This document shows positions 9,124 through 19,499 of a DNA stretch of 64,000 nt, piece by piece (position 1 is the stretch's first letter; each line of letters opens with the position of its first letter). Position numbers and translations under genes: made by a program. Source of the stretch: a virus. The notes below the pieces were generated by a model, which saw nothing but the letters and a program-made list of their open reading frames with translations, was not told the DNA's origin and did no database searches. The stretch is taken from positions 64,001-128,000 of IMG/VR virus record IMGVR_UViG_3300030060_007423; one strand, 5' to 3'.

Positions 9124-10578
9124 ATGGAAATTAAATTACCAAAATTAAGAAGTGTAGACCCAAATAAACCAAAGAAGAAAAAAATACTACTACTATCCGA
9201 TGACTTAAGATTACATTCAGGTGTTGGTACAGTATCAAAAAATTTAGTTTTTGGAACAGCTGATAGGTATGATTGGGTTCAATTAGGTGGAGCTGTAAAA
9301 CACCCAGACGATGGAAAACTTTTAGATATAAGTGACCAAGTAAAAGAAGAAACTGGTGTAAATGATGCATCAGTAAGAATATACCCAAGTTCAGGTTATG
9401 GAACTCAAGAAATTGTTAGACACATCATTTCACAAGAAAAGCCAGATGCAATCATCCATTTTACAGACCCTAGGTTTTGGCAATGGTTATATCAAATGGA
9501 ACATGAAATACGTCAAACAATACCTCTTGGCTACTTAAATATTTGGGATGATTTACCTTACCCGCATTGGAATGAACCATTTTATGAGTCATGTGATTTG
9601 TTAATGGGTATATCAAAACAAACTGTTAACATAAACAGAAATGTTTGCCAAAACAAACCACGAACTGATTGGGATTTAACGTATGTACAGCATGGTATAT
9701 CAACAGACCAATATTACCCAATAGATGAAAAACATCCAGAATTTAACGAAATGTTAAAATTTGAAAATACATTATTTGGTGGTAAAACTCCAGGATTCGT
9801 TGTAATGTATAATAGCAGAAATATTAGAAGAAAGGCTACTTCTGACTTAATGTTAGCTTTTAAGCTATTTTGTGATAGGCTATCAAAAGAAGATGCTAAT
9901 GACTGTTATTTATTATTACATACAAATAAGGTTGATGATGCAGGTACTGATTTACAAGCTGTAAAAGATAACTTATTACCAAATTATAATGTAATATTTA
10001 GTGAAGCAAAATTAACAACAAAACAGTTAAACTACTTGTATAACATTTCAGATTTAGGTGCAAATATTAGTTCAGCAGAAGGTTTTGGATTAAGTTGTAT
10101 GGAGGCAATTCAATCTGGAACACCTGTACTCGTAAACTGTATTGGTGGATTGCAAGACCAAGTTGGTATAATTAAAGATGACGGAGAATATCTTAAATTA
10201 GAAGATTTTACAGCAGATTGGCCAAGTAATAGTAATGGTAGGTATAAGAATCATGGAGAATGGTCATTTGTTGTGTGGCCACAAATAAATCTACAAGGTT
10301 CACCACTTACACCATACATTTATGATTCTAGGTGTAGTATACCTGATGTAACTGACCAAATTGAAAAAGCATATAACTTAGGAACAACTGAATTGGCAAG
10401 ACGAGGTATGAAGGGAAGAGAATGGGCAATTGAAAATGGCTTTACAGCCAAAGAAATGTGTAATGCATTTGAAAGGTCTATGGAAGGTTGTTGGAAAAAT
10501 TGGACACCAAGAAAAAGATTTACATTAGTTAATGCACAAGACAAATTACCAGAATATCCAGTAGGACATAATTTTTAG
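9124..10578 (+). CDS. GT-B glycosyltransferase (GT4-like)
   Basis: SGVG, RNIRRK, EGFGLSCMEA (EX7E) motifs. Confidence 0.88.
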   Translation: MEIKLPKLRSVDPNKPKKKKILLLSDDLRLHSGVGTVSKNLVFGTADRYDWVQLGGAVKHPDDGKLLDISDQVKEETGVNDASVRIYPSSGYGTQEIVRHIISQEKPDAIIHFTDPRFWQWLYQMEHEIRQTIPLGYLNIWDDLPYPHWNEPFYESCDLLMGISKQTVNINRNVCQNKPRTDWDLTYVQHGISTDQYYPIDEKHPEFNEMLKFENTLFGGKTPGFVVMYNSRNIRRKATSDLMLAFKLFCDRLSKEDANDCYLLLHTNKVDDAGTDLQAVKDNLLPNYNVIFSEAKLTTKQLNYLYNISDLGANISSAEGFGLSCMEAIQSGTPVLVNCIGGLQDQVGIIKDDGEYLKLEDFTADWPSNSNGRYKNHGEWSFVVWPQINLQGSPLTPYIYDSRCSIPDVTDQIEKAYNLGTTELARRGMKGREWAIENGFTAKEMCNAFERSMEGCWKNWTPRKRFTLVNAQDKLPEYPVGHNF

Positions 10579-10587
10579 GAGAAAAAA

Positions 10588-11862
10588 ATGAAACCATTAT
10601 TAGTTATGAGTGCACCTGTTGCAACACGTTCAGGTTACGGAGACCACTCAAGAGATTTATTAAGAAGTTTGATAGCGATGGACAAGTATGATATAAAAGT
10701 ACTTAGTCAAAGATGGGGTTCATGCCCTATGAATGCTCTTGGAAAGGAAGACCAAGATATTATTAATGTTCTGCATTTTGGTAATTTACCAAAACAACCA
10801 GATATATGGATTCAAGTAACAGTTCCAAATGAATTCCAACCTGTAGGTAAATACAATATTGGAATAACTGCAGGAATTGAAACAACACATGTATCACACC
10901 CGTGGGTTGAAGGAATGAATAGAATGAATGTAGTTATAGTAACATCTGAACATTCAAAACAGTCATTCATAAATTCAGTATATGACAAAATAAATAACCA
11001 AACAAAACAAAAAGAAGGTGAATTTAGAGTTACAACACCAATGGAAGTTTTATTTGAAGGTGTTGATACCAAAATTTGGAAAAAGACAAGTGAAATTTCA
11101 AAAACAGTAGTTGATGAATTATCAAGTATTAAAGAAAGTTTTTGTTTTCTTTTTGTTGGACACTGGCTTCATGGAAATTTTGGTCATGATAGAAAAGATG
11201 TAGGCGGAATGTTAAAAACATTTTTTGAAACATTTAAGAGAAAAAAGAATAAACCTGCATTAATACTTAAATCAAGTCAAGCAACATTTAGTGTAATGGA
11301 TAGGGAAGCTATGCTCAAAAGAATTAGGGACATTGCACGACAATGCGGTGAAGATTTACCAAATGTTTATTTATTGCATGGTGACTTGGAACCTGAAGAA
11401 ATGAATAGTCTATATAATCACCCTAAAGTAAAAGCTATGATTAGTTTTACACATGGTGAAGGTTATGGAAGACCACTTGCAGAATTTTGTGTTACACAGA
11501 AACCAGTAATTGCATCAAACTGGTCAGGTCAAGTCGATTTCTTAAAGCATTCAATATTACTACCAGGTGAATTACAAGAAGTACACCCTTCAGCACAATG
11601 GGAAAATGTTGTAATAGACAAATCACAATGGTTCTATGTAAACCACTTATATGCATCAAGAGTACTAAAAGACGTACACAAGAAATATAAAAAATATATT
11701 CCAGATGCAAGAAAACAAGCAAGATTAATTAGAGAGGATATGAATCTTGATAAAATGACAGAAAGATTCACAGAAATAATGGAAAAGCACGTAAAGGTAC
11801 CAGAACAAGTGGCATTGAATATGCCTAAAATTACATTACCTAAATTGGAGAAAATATCATGA
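10588..11862 (+). CDS. GT-B glycosyltransferase (GT4-like)
   Basis: SGYG, DRK, GEGYGRPLAE, WSGQVDF. Confidence 0.88.
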   Translation: MKPLLVMSAPVATRSGYGDHSRDLLRSLIAMDKYDIKVLSQRWGSCPMNALGKEDQDIINVLHFGNLPKQPDIWIQVTVPNEFQPVGKYNIGITAGIETTHVSHPWVEGMNRMNVVIVTSEHSKQSFINSVYDKINNQTKQKEGEFRVTTPMEVLFEGVDTKIWKKTSEISKTVVDELSSIKESFCFLFVGHWLHGNFGHDRKDVGGMLKTFFETFKRKKNKPALILKSSQATFSVMDREAMLKRIRDIARQCGEDLPNVYLLHGDLEPEEMNSLYNHPKVKAMISFTHGEGYGRPLAEFCVTQKPVIASNWSGQVDFLKHSILLPGELQEVHPSAQWENVVIDKSQWFYVNHLYASRVLKDVHKKYKKYIPDARKQARLIREDMNLDKMTERFTEIMEKHVKVPEQVALNMPKITLPKLEKIS

Positions 11863-12314
11863 GTACAGACTTAAAAGAAAAAAGTCCATTTACGAATAGA
11901 GTAGCAGTTATAGTTGAAAAAGACGAAAAAGCTGGAATATCTAAAATGTGTATGGACACAGGATATAATACAAATAGTAATTTAACAATTGGAAATGACC
12001 AAGTAAAAGAGTTTGAAGCCCGTTCACCTAAAATAATTCTTGAAACTAGATATGAAGATAAACTTTTAGGACAGTATTGGTATTTAACAACAATTGTTAT
12101 GGAACACGGAATGCTTTATCCAGAAGGTACAAAGGAAAATTATGAATGGATTTATGCACCAGTTGTTCAGATACCAAAAGAAGAACAAATTAAATACCCT
12201 ATACCTGGAAGAGATGGTGAATACTATCAAACTAGACTTGGCGTTGACATTGCTGAAAGATTTCCACGTGATAAGTTTATGGATTGTTGTAAAAGATTAG
12301 GTGTAGCTCAATAA
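11859..12314 (+). CDS. hypothetical protein
   Basis: 151 aa, ATGA-coupled. Confidence 0.7.
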   Translation: MSTDLKEKSPFTNRVAVIVEKDEKAGISKMCMDTGYNTNSNLTIGNDQVKEFEARSPKIILETRYEDKLLGQYWYLTTIVMEHGMLYPEGTKENYEWIYAPVVQIPKEEQIKYPIPGRDGEYYQTRLGVDIAERFPRDKFMDCCKRLGVAQ

Positions 12315-12850
12315 TGTCATACTTTGCACAACACTTAGGTAAATGTGGGACTGCCCAACAAATTTCAATTGCACAATTGGAACCTGGAATGATAATCTCA
12401 GCTGTTTATAAAAAACAAGCAAGAGGTAAAGAAAAGGGTGGTGCAAAAAAATACATATTGTTGGTTTTGAATCCAAATTACTTAAGAGTGATGCATGCAC
12501 TAACACTTGACTTAATTCCACTTAATGCTTTTAATTTATTTGCTGGTGGTGTAGGAATTGAATATTCTGAAAAGTTTAAGTCAAAAAAAGTTAAATTGAG
12601 AAAAATGATTGTTGGACAAAATCCTAAACAATTCTATTCATCAGCAATAAAAAAGATTGCAAAAACAAGGTTAGGTGATAGTTATAGAACTCTTAATATT
12701 CAAAACTTTAATTCTATTAGAGTTGTAAACTATGAATTTAGTAAAAATATTTTAGATGCATATATGCCTGGTGATTCAGATACATCTGTTGGTGTACAAC
12801 CACCTGGTGAAAACCTAGACGAGCTCAATATAAAGGGAGATAAAGAATGA
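12314..12850 (+). CDS. hypothetical protein
   Basis: 178 aa, TAATG-coupled. Confidence 0.7.
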   Translation: MSYFAQHLGKCGTAQQISIAQLEPGMIISAVYKKQARGKEKGGAKKYILLVLNPNYLRVMHALTLDLIPLNAFNLFAGGVGIEYSEKFKSKKVKLRKMIVGQNPKQFYSSAIKKIAKTRLGDSYRTLNIQNFNSIRVVNYEFSKNILDAYMPGDSDTSVGVQPPGENLDELNIKGDKE

Positions 12851-13476
12851 AAATTAGTTATGCAATAACCGTGTGCAATGAACACAAAGAAATAGAGAAA
12901 TTATTAACATTTCTATTTGAACATAAGAGAGAACAAGACCAGGTTGTAGTACAAATGGATTCAAAAAATTCAACTGAAGAAGTTTGGAATGTTTGTGAAA
13001 AATTTGAAAATAGACAACATCATCATTATAGATTGATTCAATGTGAATTAAATAAAAACTTTGCTGCATATAAAAACAATCTAAATAAACAATGTGATGG
13101 AAATTGGATATTTCAAATTGATGCAGATGAAATACCAAATGAATATTTAATAGAGGCACTTCCATTTATATTAGAAGCAAACGAAGATACTGAAGCTTTT
13201 TGGGTGCCAAGAGTAAATACAGTAGCAGGAATTACAGATGCTCACATTGCCAAATGGGGTTGGAAATTAAATGAAGATGGTTGGGTAAACTTTCCAGATT
13301 GGCAAATGAGAATCTATCAAAATAAAGAAGAAATATATTGGATAAAACCAGTACACGAACAATTAAAAGGTTATACTAAATTCGCAAATCTTCCAGCAGA
13401 AGAAAAATTCTGTTTATATCATCCAAAAAATATTGGAAGACAAGAAAAGCAAAATGCCTTTTATGAAACAATTTAA
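12847..13476 (+). CDS. GT2 glycosyltransferase
   Basis: ISYAITVCNE, IDADE, VHE motifs. Confidence 0.88.
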   Translation: MKISYAITVCNEHKEIEKLLTFLFEHKREQDQVVVQMDSKNSTEEVWNVCEKFENRQHHHYRLIQCELNKNFAAYKNNLNKQCDGNWIFQIDADEIPNEYLIEALPFILEANEDTEAFWVPRVNTVAGITDAHIAKWGWKLNEDGWVNFPDWQMRIYQNKEEIYWIKPVHEQLKGYTKFANLPAEEKFCLYHPKNIGRQEKQNAFYETI

Positions 13477-13487
13477 GGAAAACATTT

Positions 13488-14129
13488 ATGGCACTTTGGT
13501 TTGTACAAAATAAGGTTGTATATTTAGCACCACAAAAAACAGCAACAACATCAATTGAAAAATATTTAAGCGATGAATTGGGTTATAGTCCGCTTGGTCA
13601 CAGACACACAATACTTACTGATGATGAAATAAAATATATGAAAGATAATAAGTTCTTTTCATTTGGTTTTGTTAGAAACCCATGGGATAGAATTGTTAGT
13701 ATGTATAAGTGGGAAGAGCAAGTAAAGAATGAACCAGCAATGAAATCAGGTGCACTACCATTTGAAAAATATTGTGAATATATTTATAAAGCATATCATG
13801 GAATTGAGAGTTTTGACCTAATAGAAGGATTTGTTTGTAATTCAATATATAGGCATATGCACCATGAAAAAGAAAAGGGTCATTTTATATCACACTACAA
13901 TAAAATGTATCGTAATGGTGAACAGATTTTTGACTTTATTGGAAAATATGAAAATCTTGCAGAGGACATGCAAATCGTATGTGATCAAATTGGAATAATA
14001 AACAAACCCTTACCAATGATTAACAAAACAAATCATGCTAGTTATAGGGAATATTATTCAGATGAAAGTAGACAAAGAATTGCTGAAGTATATCTTGAAG
14101 ATATAGATGCATTTGGTTATGAGTTTTAG
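13488..14129 (+). CDS. sulfotransferase (Sulfotransfer_2-like)
   Basis: QKTATTS (5'PSB), VRNPWDRIVSMY (3'PB), FIGKYENL, D…FGY. Confidence 0.88.
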   Translation: MALWFVQNKVVYLAPQKTATTSIEKYLSDELGYSPLGHRHTILTDDEIKYMKDNKFFSFGFVRNPWDRIVSMYKWEEQVKNEPAMKSGALPFEKYCEYIYKAYHGIESFDLIEGFVCNSIYRHMHHEKEKGHFISHYNKMYRNGEQIFDFIGKYENLAEDMQIVCDQIGIINKPLPMINKTNHASYREYYSDESRQRIAEVYLEDIDAFGYEF

Positions 14130-14131
14130 AA

Positions 14132-15016
14132 ATGGCAAACAAAATACAGATAGTCTTACACTCTCTTCCTAGGGAGATAGATGAAGTAAAGAGAATAGTT
14201 GACCAATTGGCTAGGTCACAATTTTACATTGGGGATACCAATAATGTAATACTTGACTTTACTCTAAATATATCTGATAAGTTAACAGATTGGGAAAATT
14301 CAAAAATACCAAAAGAATATTTTATAGATAAATTTACTTACATTGAGTCACTTTCACCATTTGTAAATAGATTTGATGTTAGTACTACATGTTTAGGTTG
14401 TAATGATAAAAGAAGAAATGCAATTAATTCAGATACAGATGCAACACATATTTTATATTTAGATACTGATGTATACTTTTCTGATTACAATCTTACAATG
14501 ATGTTTGATGCAATAAGCCAAATAAAAAATAAGTATCATATTATATCATCAGAAATTTTACAACTATGGGATTCTAGTTGGGATGTTATTTCAAATGAAA
14601 GAACACGAAATACAGACAGAAGTAAAAAGCTCTGGCATACAAACCCATATAGGGTTTTTGATAGGCGGGAACCGTGTATACCTAAATTAAGACAGATACA
14701 AACAGTTAAGTTTGGTGGTGGATGGTTTAATTTGTTTAACATTGAATTGTTAAAATTTATTACAATTCCAGACTCACTAGGACCTTATGGATTAGATGAT
14801 ACATTTATTGCAGAGGCATCAATGCATATGTTAAGAAAGGGTTATGATATACGACAATATGTTTTATCAGATATGATTGTTATTGAAGATAGAATGTTTA
14901 GGGATTACCCATATGATAATTATGTAAAAACAAAAAGTGACATGAAAGATTTTTGGAGAAAAGAGTCACATAAAAATTATTCTTTAGAAATGGAAAAATT
15001 TCTAAAAAGGATATGA
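14132..15016 (+). CDS. putative GT-A fold glycosyltransferase
   Basis: YLDTD DxD motif, GGGWF, YGLDD. Confidence 0.6.
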   Translation: MANKIQIVLHSLPREIDEVKRIVDQLARSQFYIGDTNNVILDFTLNISDKLTDWENSKIPKEYFIDKFTYIESLSPFVNRFDVSTTCLGCNDKRRNAINSDTDATHILYLDTDVYFSDYNLTMMFDAISQIKNKYHIISSEILQLWDSSWDVISNERTRNTDRSKKLWHTNPYRVFDRREPCIPKLRQIQTVKFGGGWFNLFNIELLKFITIPDSLGPYGLDDTFIAEASMHMLRKGYDIRQYVLSDMIVIEDRMFRDYPYDNYVKTKSDMKDFWRKESHKNYSLEMEKFLKRI

Positions 15017-15082
15017 TAAAATTTTTATTATTCAAGAAAAATTGTTATATTATATAAAATAAAATTAAAAGGAAGAAAAGTT

Positions 15083-16051
15083 ATGATGAATATTGAAAAC
15101 ATAGGACATAGGTTTACAGAAATTATCAGTACACCTGAATGGAATGATTTACAAGTAAAGTATAATGAGTGCGATGACATTTATGTATTAGGTCATGGTG
15201 GTAATATGGGAGTAGCTGACCACACGGCAGTTGATATGACAAGACTTTCTAATGGTACAAAAAATGCAATGTGCCCTGGAAGTTGTGTAGTTGCAACATC
15301 ATTGATAAATGATACAAGTTTTGATTTATGGATGGTTGCTTGGTTAAAGCAAAGAACTTCAACAAGAACAAAATCACAAATGAAGAAATCATTGGTTTAT
15401 GGAATCTCTTCTTCTGGTAAATCAATTGATGTACTAAAGGCATTACAGTGGGCATCAGATAATGGAATGAAAACATGTTTAGTTACAGCTAATCCAATAG
15501 CTGGTCAAATTAAAGGTCTTACACAAGTAGTATTAGGTGTAGATTATTACCACACAGCAGAATGTTTAAGCTTATTATTACAATATCAACTTACACATGG
15601 TTCTGGAAAAGAATGTCCTCCTATTGGAAAAAATACACCAGCTGAACTTGATAAATTAAATTGGCAAGGTGATAAAATTAGAAAGCATAGTTTTCCAGAT
15701 GAAACAAGAAACATAGGTGTAGACTTTGATGGAGTAATTCATAAAAACAGTAAAGGCTTTTATGATGGAACAGTTTATGATGAACCTATTGAAGGCTCAT
15801 ATGAAGCTCTTGAAAAATTATCAAAAAAGTATGATGTAATAATTTATACAGCAAAGGCAAAACCAGATAGAGGGCTAATAAACGGAAAAACTGGAATTCA
15901 ATTAGTATGGGATTGGCTTAGAGAAAAAGACATGGCAAAATTTGTAACTAAAGTAACATCAGAAAAACCAAGAGCAGTTGCATACATTGATGATAAAGGT
16001 ATAACATTTAAGAATTGGAAACAAACACTTGGGGAAGTAGATGCACTCTAA
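15083..16051 (+). CDS. SIS-domain sugar-phosphate isomerase (GmhA-like) fused to HAD phosphatase
   Basis: GHGGN…ADH.A.D, GISSSGKS; C-terminal VDFDGV, YTA, K.P…YIDD. Confidence 0.8.
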   Translation: MMNIENIGHRFTEIISTPEWNDLQVKYNECDDIYVLGHGGNMGVADHTAVDMTRLSNGTKNAMCPGSCVVATSLINDTSFDLWMVAWLKQRTSTRTKSQMKKSLVYGISSSGKSIDVLKALQWASDNGMKTCLVTANPIAGQIKGLTQVVLGVDYYHTAECLSLLLQYQLTHGSGKECPPIGKNTPAELDKLNWQGDKIRKHSFPDETRNIGVDFDGVIHKNSKGFYDGTVYDEPIEGSYEALEKLSKKYDVIIYTAKAKPDRGLINGKTGIQLVWDWLREKDMAKFVTKVTSEKPRAVAYIDDKGITFKNWKQTLGEVDAL

Positions 16052-16841
16052 AACTAAACAATTAAAAAAGAATATTGGTAAGCATGAGCTTATACCTCTT
16101 AGACTTCGTGAAATGAAAGATTTCTATAAAGATGACACAGCATATATTGTTACTTGTGGTCCATCATTAAATGATATTTCAAAAAAAGAGCTAAAGGAAA
16201 AACTAAAAGATAAGTTAGTGATTGCCAATAAACAAGCATATAATAGTTTAGGAAAAGTTGCAGATTTCCATATTCTCAATATTATAAACTATCAGCCATA
16301 TACTTATGAAAGTGATGAAACTATAAATATATGGGAAGTTTTTGAGCAATTTCATCCACAATTAATATTGGAAAATAAATGGCCATGCCACTTAATGCTT
16401 CCAGTTGTTGGTAATCATATTCCAAACCCTGAAAGAATGGACCAGTCACAAGCTGGTAAATTGAGTTTTGATGATTGGACATTGGACAAAACAATATATA
16501 GACAATTTGGTCCAGGAATGATGTATGAAATAATTTTTCATTTAGCAGTATATTTAGGTGTTAAGAAAATTGTTGTAGTTGGTTGGGATATTGGAGATTT
16601 AAGCCCATATTCTGGTGATGACCCAAATGAAGTTATATTTCACGACCATTGTTATTCAACTGATGAAAATAAATATGGTGAAATAACTGAAGCAAAATGT
16701 GGAATGACATACCGTGAAATGCAAGTTGTTATAGATTCAACAAAATTCTTAAAGGAATGGCTAAACTCTAAAGGAATTGAGTTAGAAATAGTTTCTGATA
16801 AGAGTTCTGCCCACAAATCAATAAAGAGAGTAAAGTTATGA
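16041..16841 (+). CDS. DUF115/Maf-like (MptE-like) putative ulosonic acid transferase
   Basis: AYIVTCGPSL…IAN, A.YLG.KKI.VVGWD. Confidence 0.65.
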   Translation: MHSKTKQLKKNIGKHELIPLRLREMKDFYKDDTAYIVTCGPSLNDISKKELKEKLKDKLVIANKQAYNSLGKVADFHILNIINYQPYTYESDETINIWEVFEQFHPQLILENKWPCHLMLPVVGNHIPNPERMDQSQAGKLSFDDWTLDKTIYRQFGPGMMYEIIFHLAVYLGVKKIVVVGWDIGDLSPYSGDDPNEVIFHDHCYSTDENKYGEITEAKCGMTYREMQVVIDSTKFLKEWLNSKGIELEIVSDKSSAHKSIKRVKL

Positions 16842-17260
16842 AATCAGACAGTGATGTAAAAAATGTATTAACAGATGATGGACTTCCAGAGGAATCATTA
16901 AAAACATTTCATTCATATGAAAATAATACCACTGTAAATATTGATGATTTAAGAAAAGAATTAGGAATGGGTAGCTGGGCTGTAAGAATTGCATATAATG
17001 ATAGGTTTGGTGGAGTTGTAATACAGCAACAAAGTGGAGAAGGAAATAGGAAACATTATCATCCACATGCAGATGAAAACTGGGTGATAATAGATGGAGA
17101 ATGGGAATGGTGGATTGATGGGCAAGGAACAAAGACAGTAAAGAAAAATGATATTATTGTTGTACCTGTAAATACTTGGCATCATATTAAATGTGTAAAA
17201 GGTCCAGGTATAAGGTATGCAATAACACAACCAGATGTAGAGCATGTATATGAAAAATAA
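16838..17260 (+). CDS. cupin domain protein
   Basis: HYHPHADE…G, VPVNTWH. Confidence 0.85.
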   Translation: MKSDSDVKNVLTDDGLPEESLKTFHSYENNTTVNIDDLRKELGMGSWAVRIAYNDRFGGVVIQQQSGEGNRKHYHPHADENWVIIDGEWEWWIDGQGTKTVKKNDIIVVPVNTWHHIKCVKGPGIRYAITQPDVEHVYEK

Positions 17261-17906
17261 GACAGTAGTTGTTGTTGGCGGAAGTACAGGTATTGGAAAG
17301 GGAATTGTTGATTCTTTCAAAAATCTTGGTGCTAGGGTTGAATCTATAAGTAGGTCAAATTGTGATATAACTAAAAAAGAAGATATTGATTTCTATTTTT
17401 CAGATATACATGAGGTAGACATACTTATTAACAATGCAGCCATCAATTACTGTAAACCTATTGAAGATATACATTTAGATGAGTGGAAAAGTGTAATAGA
17501 CACAAACCTTACATCATATTTCTATATAATTAAAAAGTGCATTCCATTAATGAAAAGAGGAAGTAAAATAGTAAATGTATCATCAATAGCTGGGAGAAAC
17601 AAGAGCTTGGTAAGTGGTGTACATTATACTTCATCAAAGGCAGGTATTATTGGTTTAACAAGACAGCTTTCACAAGAACTAGGACCAAGAGGTATAAACA
17701 TCAATTGTGTATGCCCAAGCCAAACATTAACACCAATGTTGGAAAGGTCAATGTCCTTAGAAGAATTGGCAAATTTAGAAAGTAAGATTCCATTAAGACG
17801 TGTTGCTGAAGTTGATGAAGTTGTGAAGCCTATATTATTTTTATGCTCTGAAGATGCGTCATATATTCATGGTGCATGTATAGATATAAACGGAGGACAA
17901 TTATGA
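17244..17906 (+). CDS. SDR family oxidoreductase
   Basis: GGSTGIG, NNA, SS, YTSSK. Confidence 0.9.
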   Translation: MYMKNKTVVVVGGSTGIGKGIVDSFKNLGARVESISRSNCDITKKEDIDFYFSDIHEVDILINNAAINYCKPIEDIHLDEWKSVIDTNLTSYFYIIKKCIPLMKRGSKIVNVSSIAGRNKSLVSGVHYTSSKAGIIGLTRQLSQELGPRGININCVCPSQTLTPMLERSMSLEELANLESKIPLRRVAEVDEVVKPILFLCSEDASYIHGACIDINGGQL

Positions 17907-18634
17907 AAGTAGCGGTTATTATACCAGCAAGATATAAATCAGGAAGATTTCCTGGAAAACCATTGGAAGATATTTTAGGTAAGCCAATGGTTATAAGAGT
18001 TGCAGAAATAGCAGAAAAAGCTGTTGGTAAACAAAATGTTTATGTTGCAACTGATGATTTAAGAATTAAAAATGTTGTTGACGATAGTGGTTATAATGTT
18101 ATTATGACATCTCCTAAACATCCATGTTGTACAGATAGAGTTGCTGAAGCAGCTTATCATTTAGATGCTGATATAATTGTAAATTTACAAGGAGATGAAC
18201 CAATGTTAAATCCTAATGAGATAACTTTGGCAATAAATGCAAAACAACAATACCCTGGGTATGTAATAAATTGTGCAGCAGATTTGCAAGATTTTGAAAA
18301 ACCTGAAAATAGAAACATCATAAAAATGGCAATGGGACTAACCGATAATCTTGTATGTGCATCAAGAAATCCCATACCAGTTGAAAAGTCAGGAAATGCT
18401 CCAATTTGTAAAAAACAAGTATGTATTTATGTTTATAACAAGGAAGAGTTAAAATTGTTTTTAGACCAGGGAACTACTCCTTTAGAAGGTGTAGAAGAAG
18501 TTGATATATTAAGATTTTTAGAAATGGGTGTACCCGTAAAAATAATAAATGTATCTGGAGACTCACATGCAGTTGATGTTCCAGGTGATATTGAAATAGT
18601 TGAAAAACTTTTGAAGGAGAGAGATAATGCATAA
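17903..18634 (+). CDS. kdsB: 3-deoxy-manno-octulosonate cytidylyltransferase (CMP-Kdo synthetase-like)
   Basis: IPARYKSGRFPGKPL, VATD, TDR, NLQGDEP, LE..E..LR, VD.P.D. Confidence 0.9.
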   Translation: MKVAVIIPARYKSGRFPGKPLEDILGKPMVIRVAEIAEKAVGKQNVYVATDDLRIKNVVDDSGYNVIMTSPKHPCCTDRVAEAAYHLDADIIVNLQGDEPMLNPNEITLAINAKQQYPGYVINCAADLQDFEKPENRNIIKMAMGLTDNLVCASRNPIPVEKSGNAPICKKQVCIYVYNKEELKLFLDQGTTPLEGVEEVDILRFLEMGVPVKIINVSGDSHAVDVPGDIEIVEKLLKERDNA

Positions 18635-19499
18635 GATAACACATTGTATATCGTCATTTAACAATTTGAATTATTTGAAATTGGCTGTAAAGTCAGTTCG
18701 TGAAAATTCATATTATAAAGATTCCCCACTAATTATTCATGCTGAAAATTGCCAAGATGGTACCAATGAATGGCTAGCTGAGAATAGTGAAAAGTGGAAT
18801 TTTGAATATTATGTTGAACAAAATGAAAATCCAATTGGTATTGGTGGTGGAATGAACTTTTGTGCATCAAAGGTAAAAACCGAATTCATTAACTTTTTGC
18901 ATGCTGATTTTTATGTATCAAAAAACTGGGATATTGAATTATTAAATAAATTTGAACAATACCCAGATGACAAATTAATGGTGTTTAGCCAAAGAATACA
19001 ACCAGATATTTTTAATGATAGTGAAAGACCTGGAACTATTTTTGTACCACTAAATGAATTTGGAGAGTATCATCATAATTTTGATGAAAAACATTTTTTA
19101 ACATGGGCAGAAGATTTTACATCAATAAATGATTGGGAAATTGTAAAAACTGAAGGTGTTAGTGGAATGGTAAGAAAACGTGATTGGGATTACATTGGTG
19201 GAAATGATGATAGGTTTGCACCAGCATATTGGGAAGATGCAGACTTATTTATTAGAATGATGAATGAAGGTTATAGATTTGTCTTAACATCAAAATCGTT
19301 AGTTTATCATTTTGCATCAAGAGCATCAAGGTTTCCAGATGATAACTTAAAATCAAGACCAGTTAATTTGGCACAAATAGAACAAAGAAGTTTACAAAGG
19401 TTTGTTGAAAAGTATGGAAAAACACCAGACCTAGATAATAATCAACACTATATAGCAATGCAACCAATAGATGGTTCAAAGAATAGGATAAATCAATGA
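18627..19499 (+). CDS. GT2 glycosyltransferase
   Basis: DGT, HAD, GG.D..F…WED.D, VYH. Confidence 0.85.
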   Translation: MHKITHCISSFNNLNYLKLAVKSVRENSYYKDSPLIIHAENCQDGTNEWLAENSEKWNFEYYVEQNENPIGIGGGMNFCASKVKTEFINFLHADFYVSKNWDIELLNKFEQYPDDKLMVFSQRIQPDIFNDSERPGTIFVPLNEFGEYHHNFDEKHFLTWAEDFTSINDWEIVKTEGVSGMVRKRDWDYIGGNDDRFAPAYWEDADLFIRMMNEGYRFVLTSKSLVYHFASRASRFPDDNLKSRPVNLAQIEQRSLQRFVEKYGKTPDLDNNQHYIAMQPIDGSKNRINQ

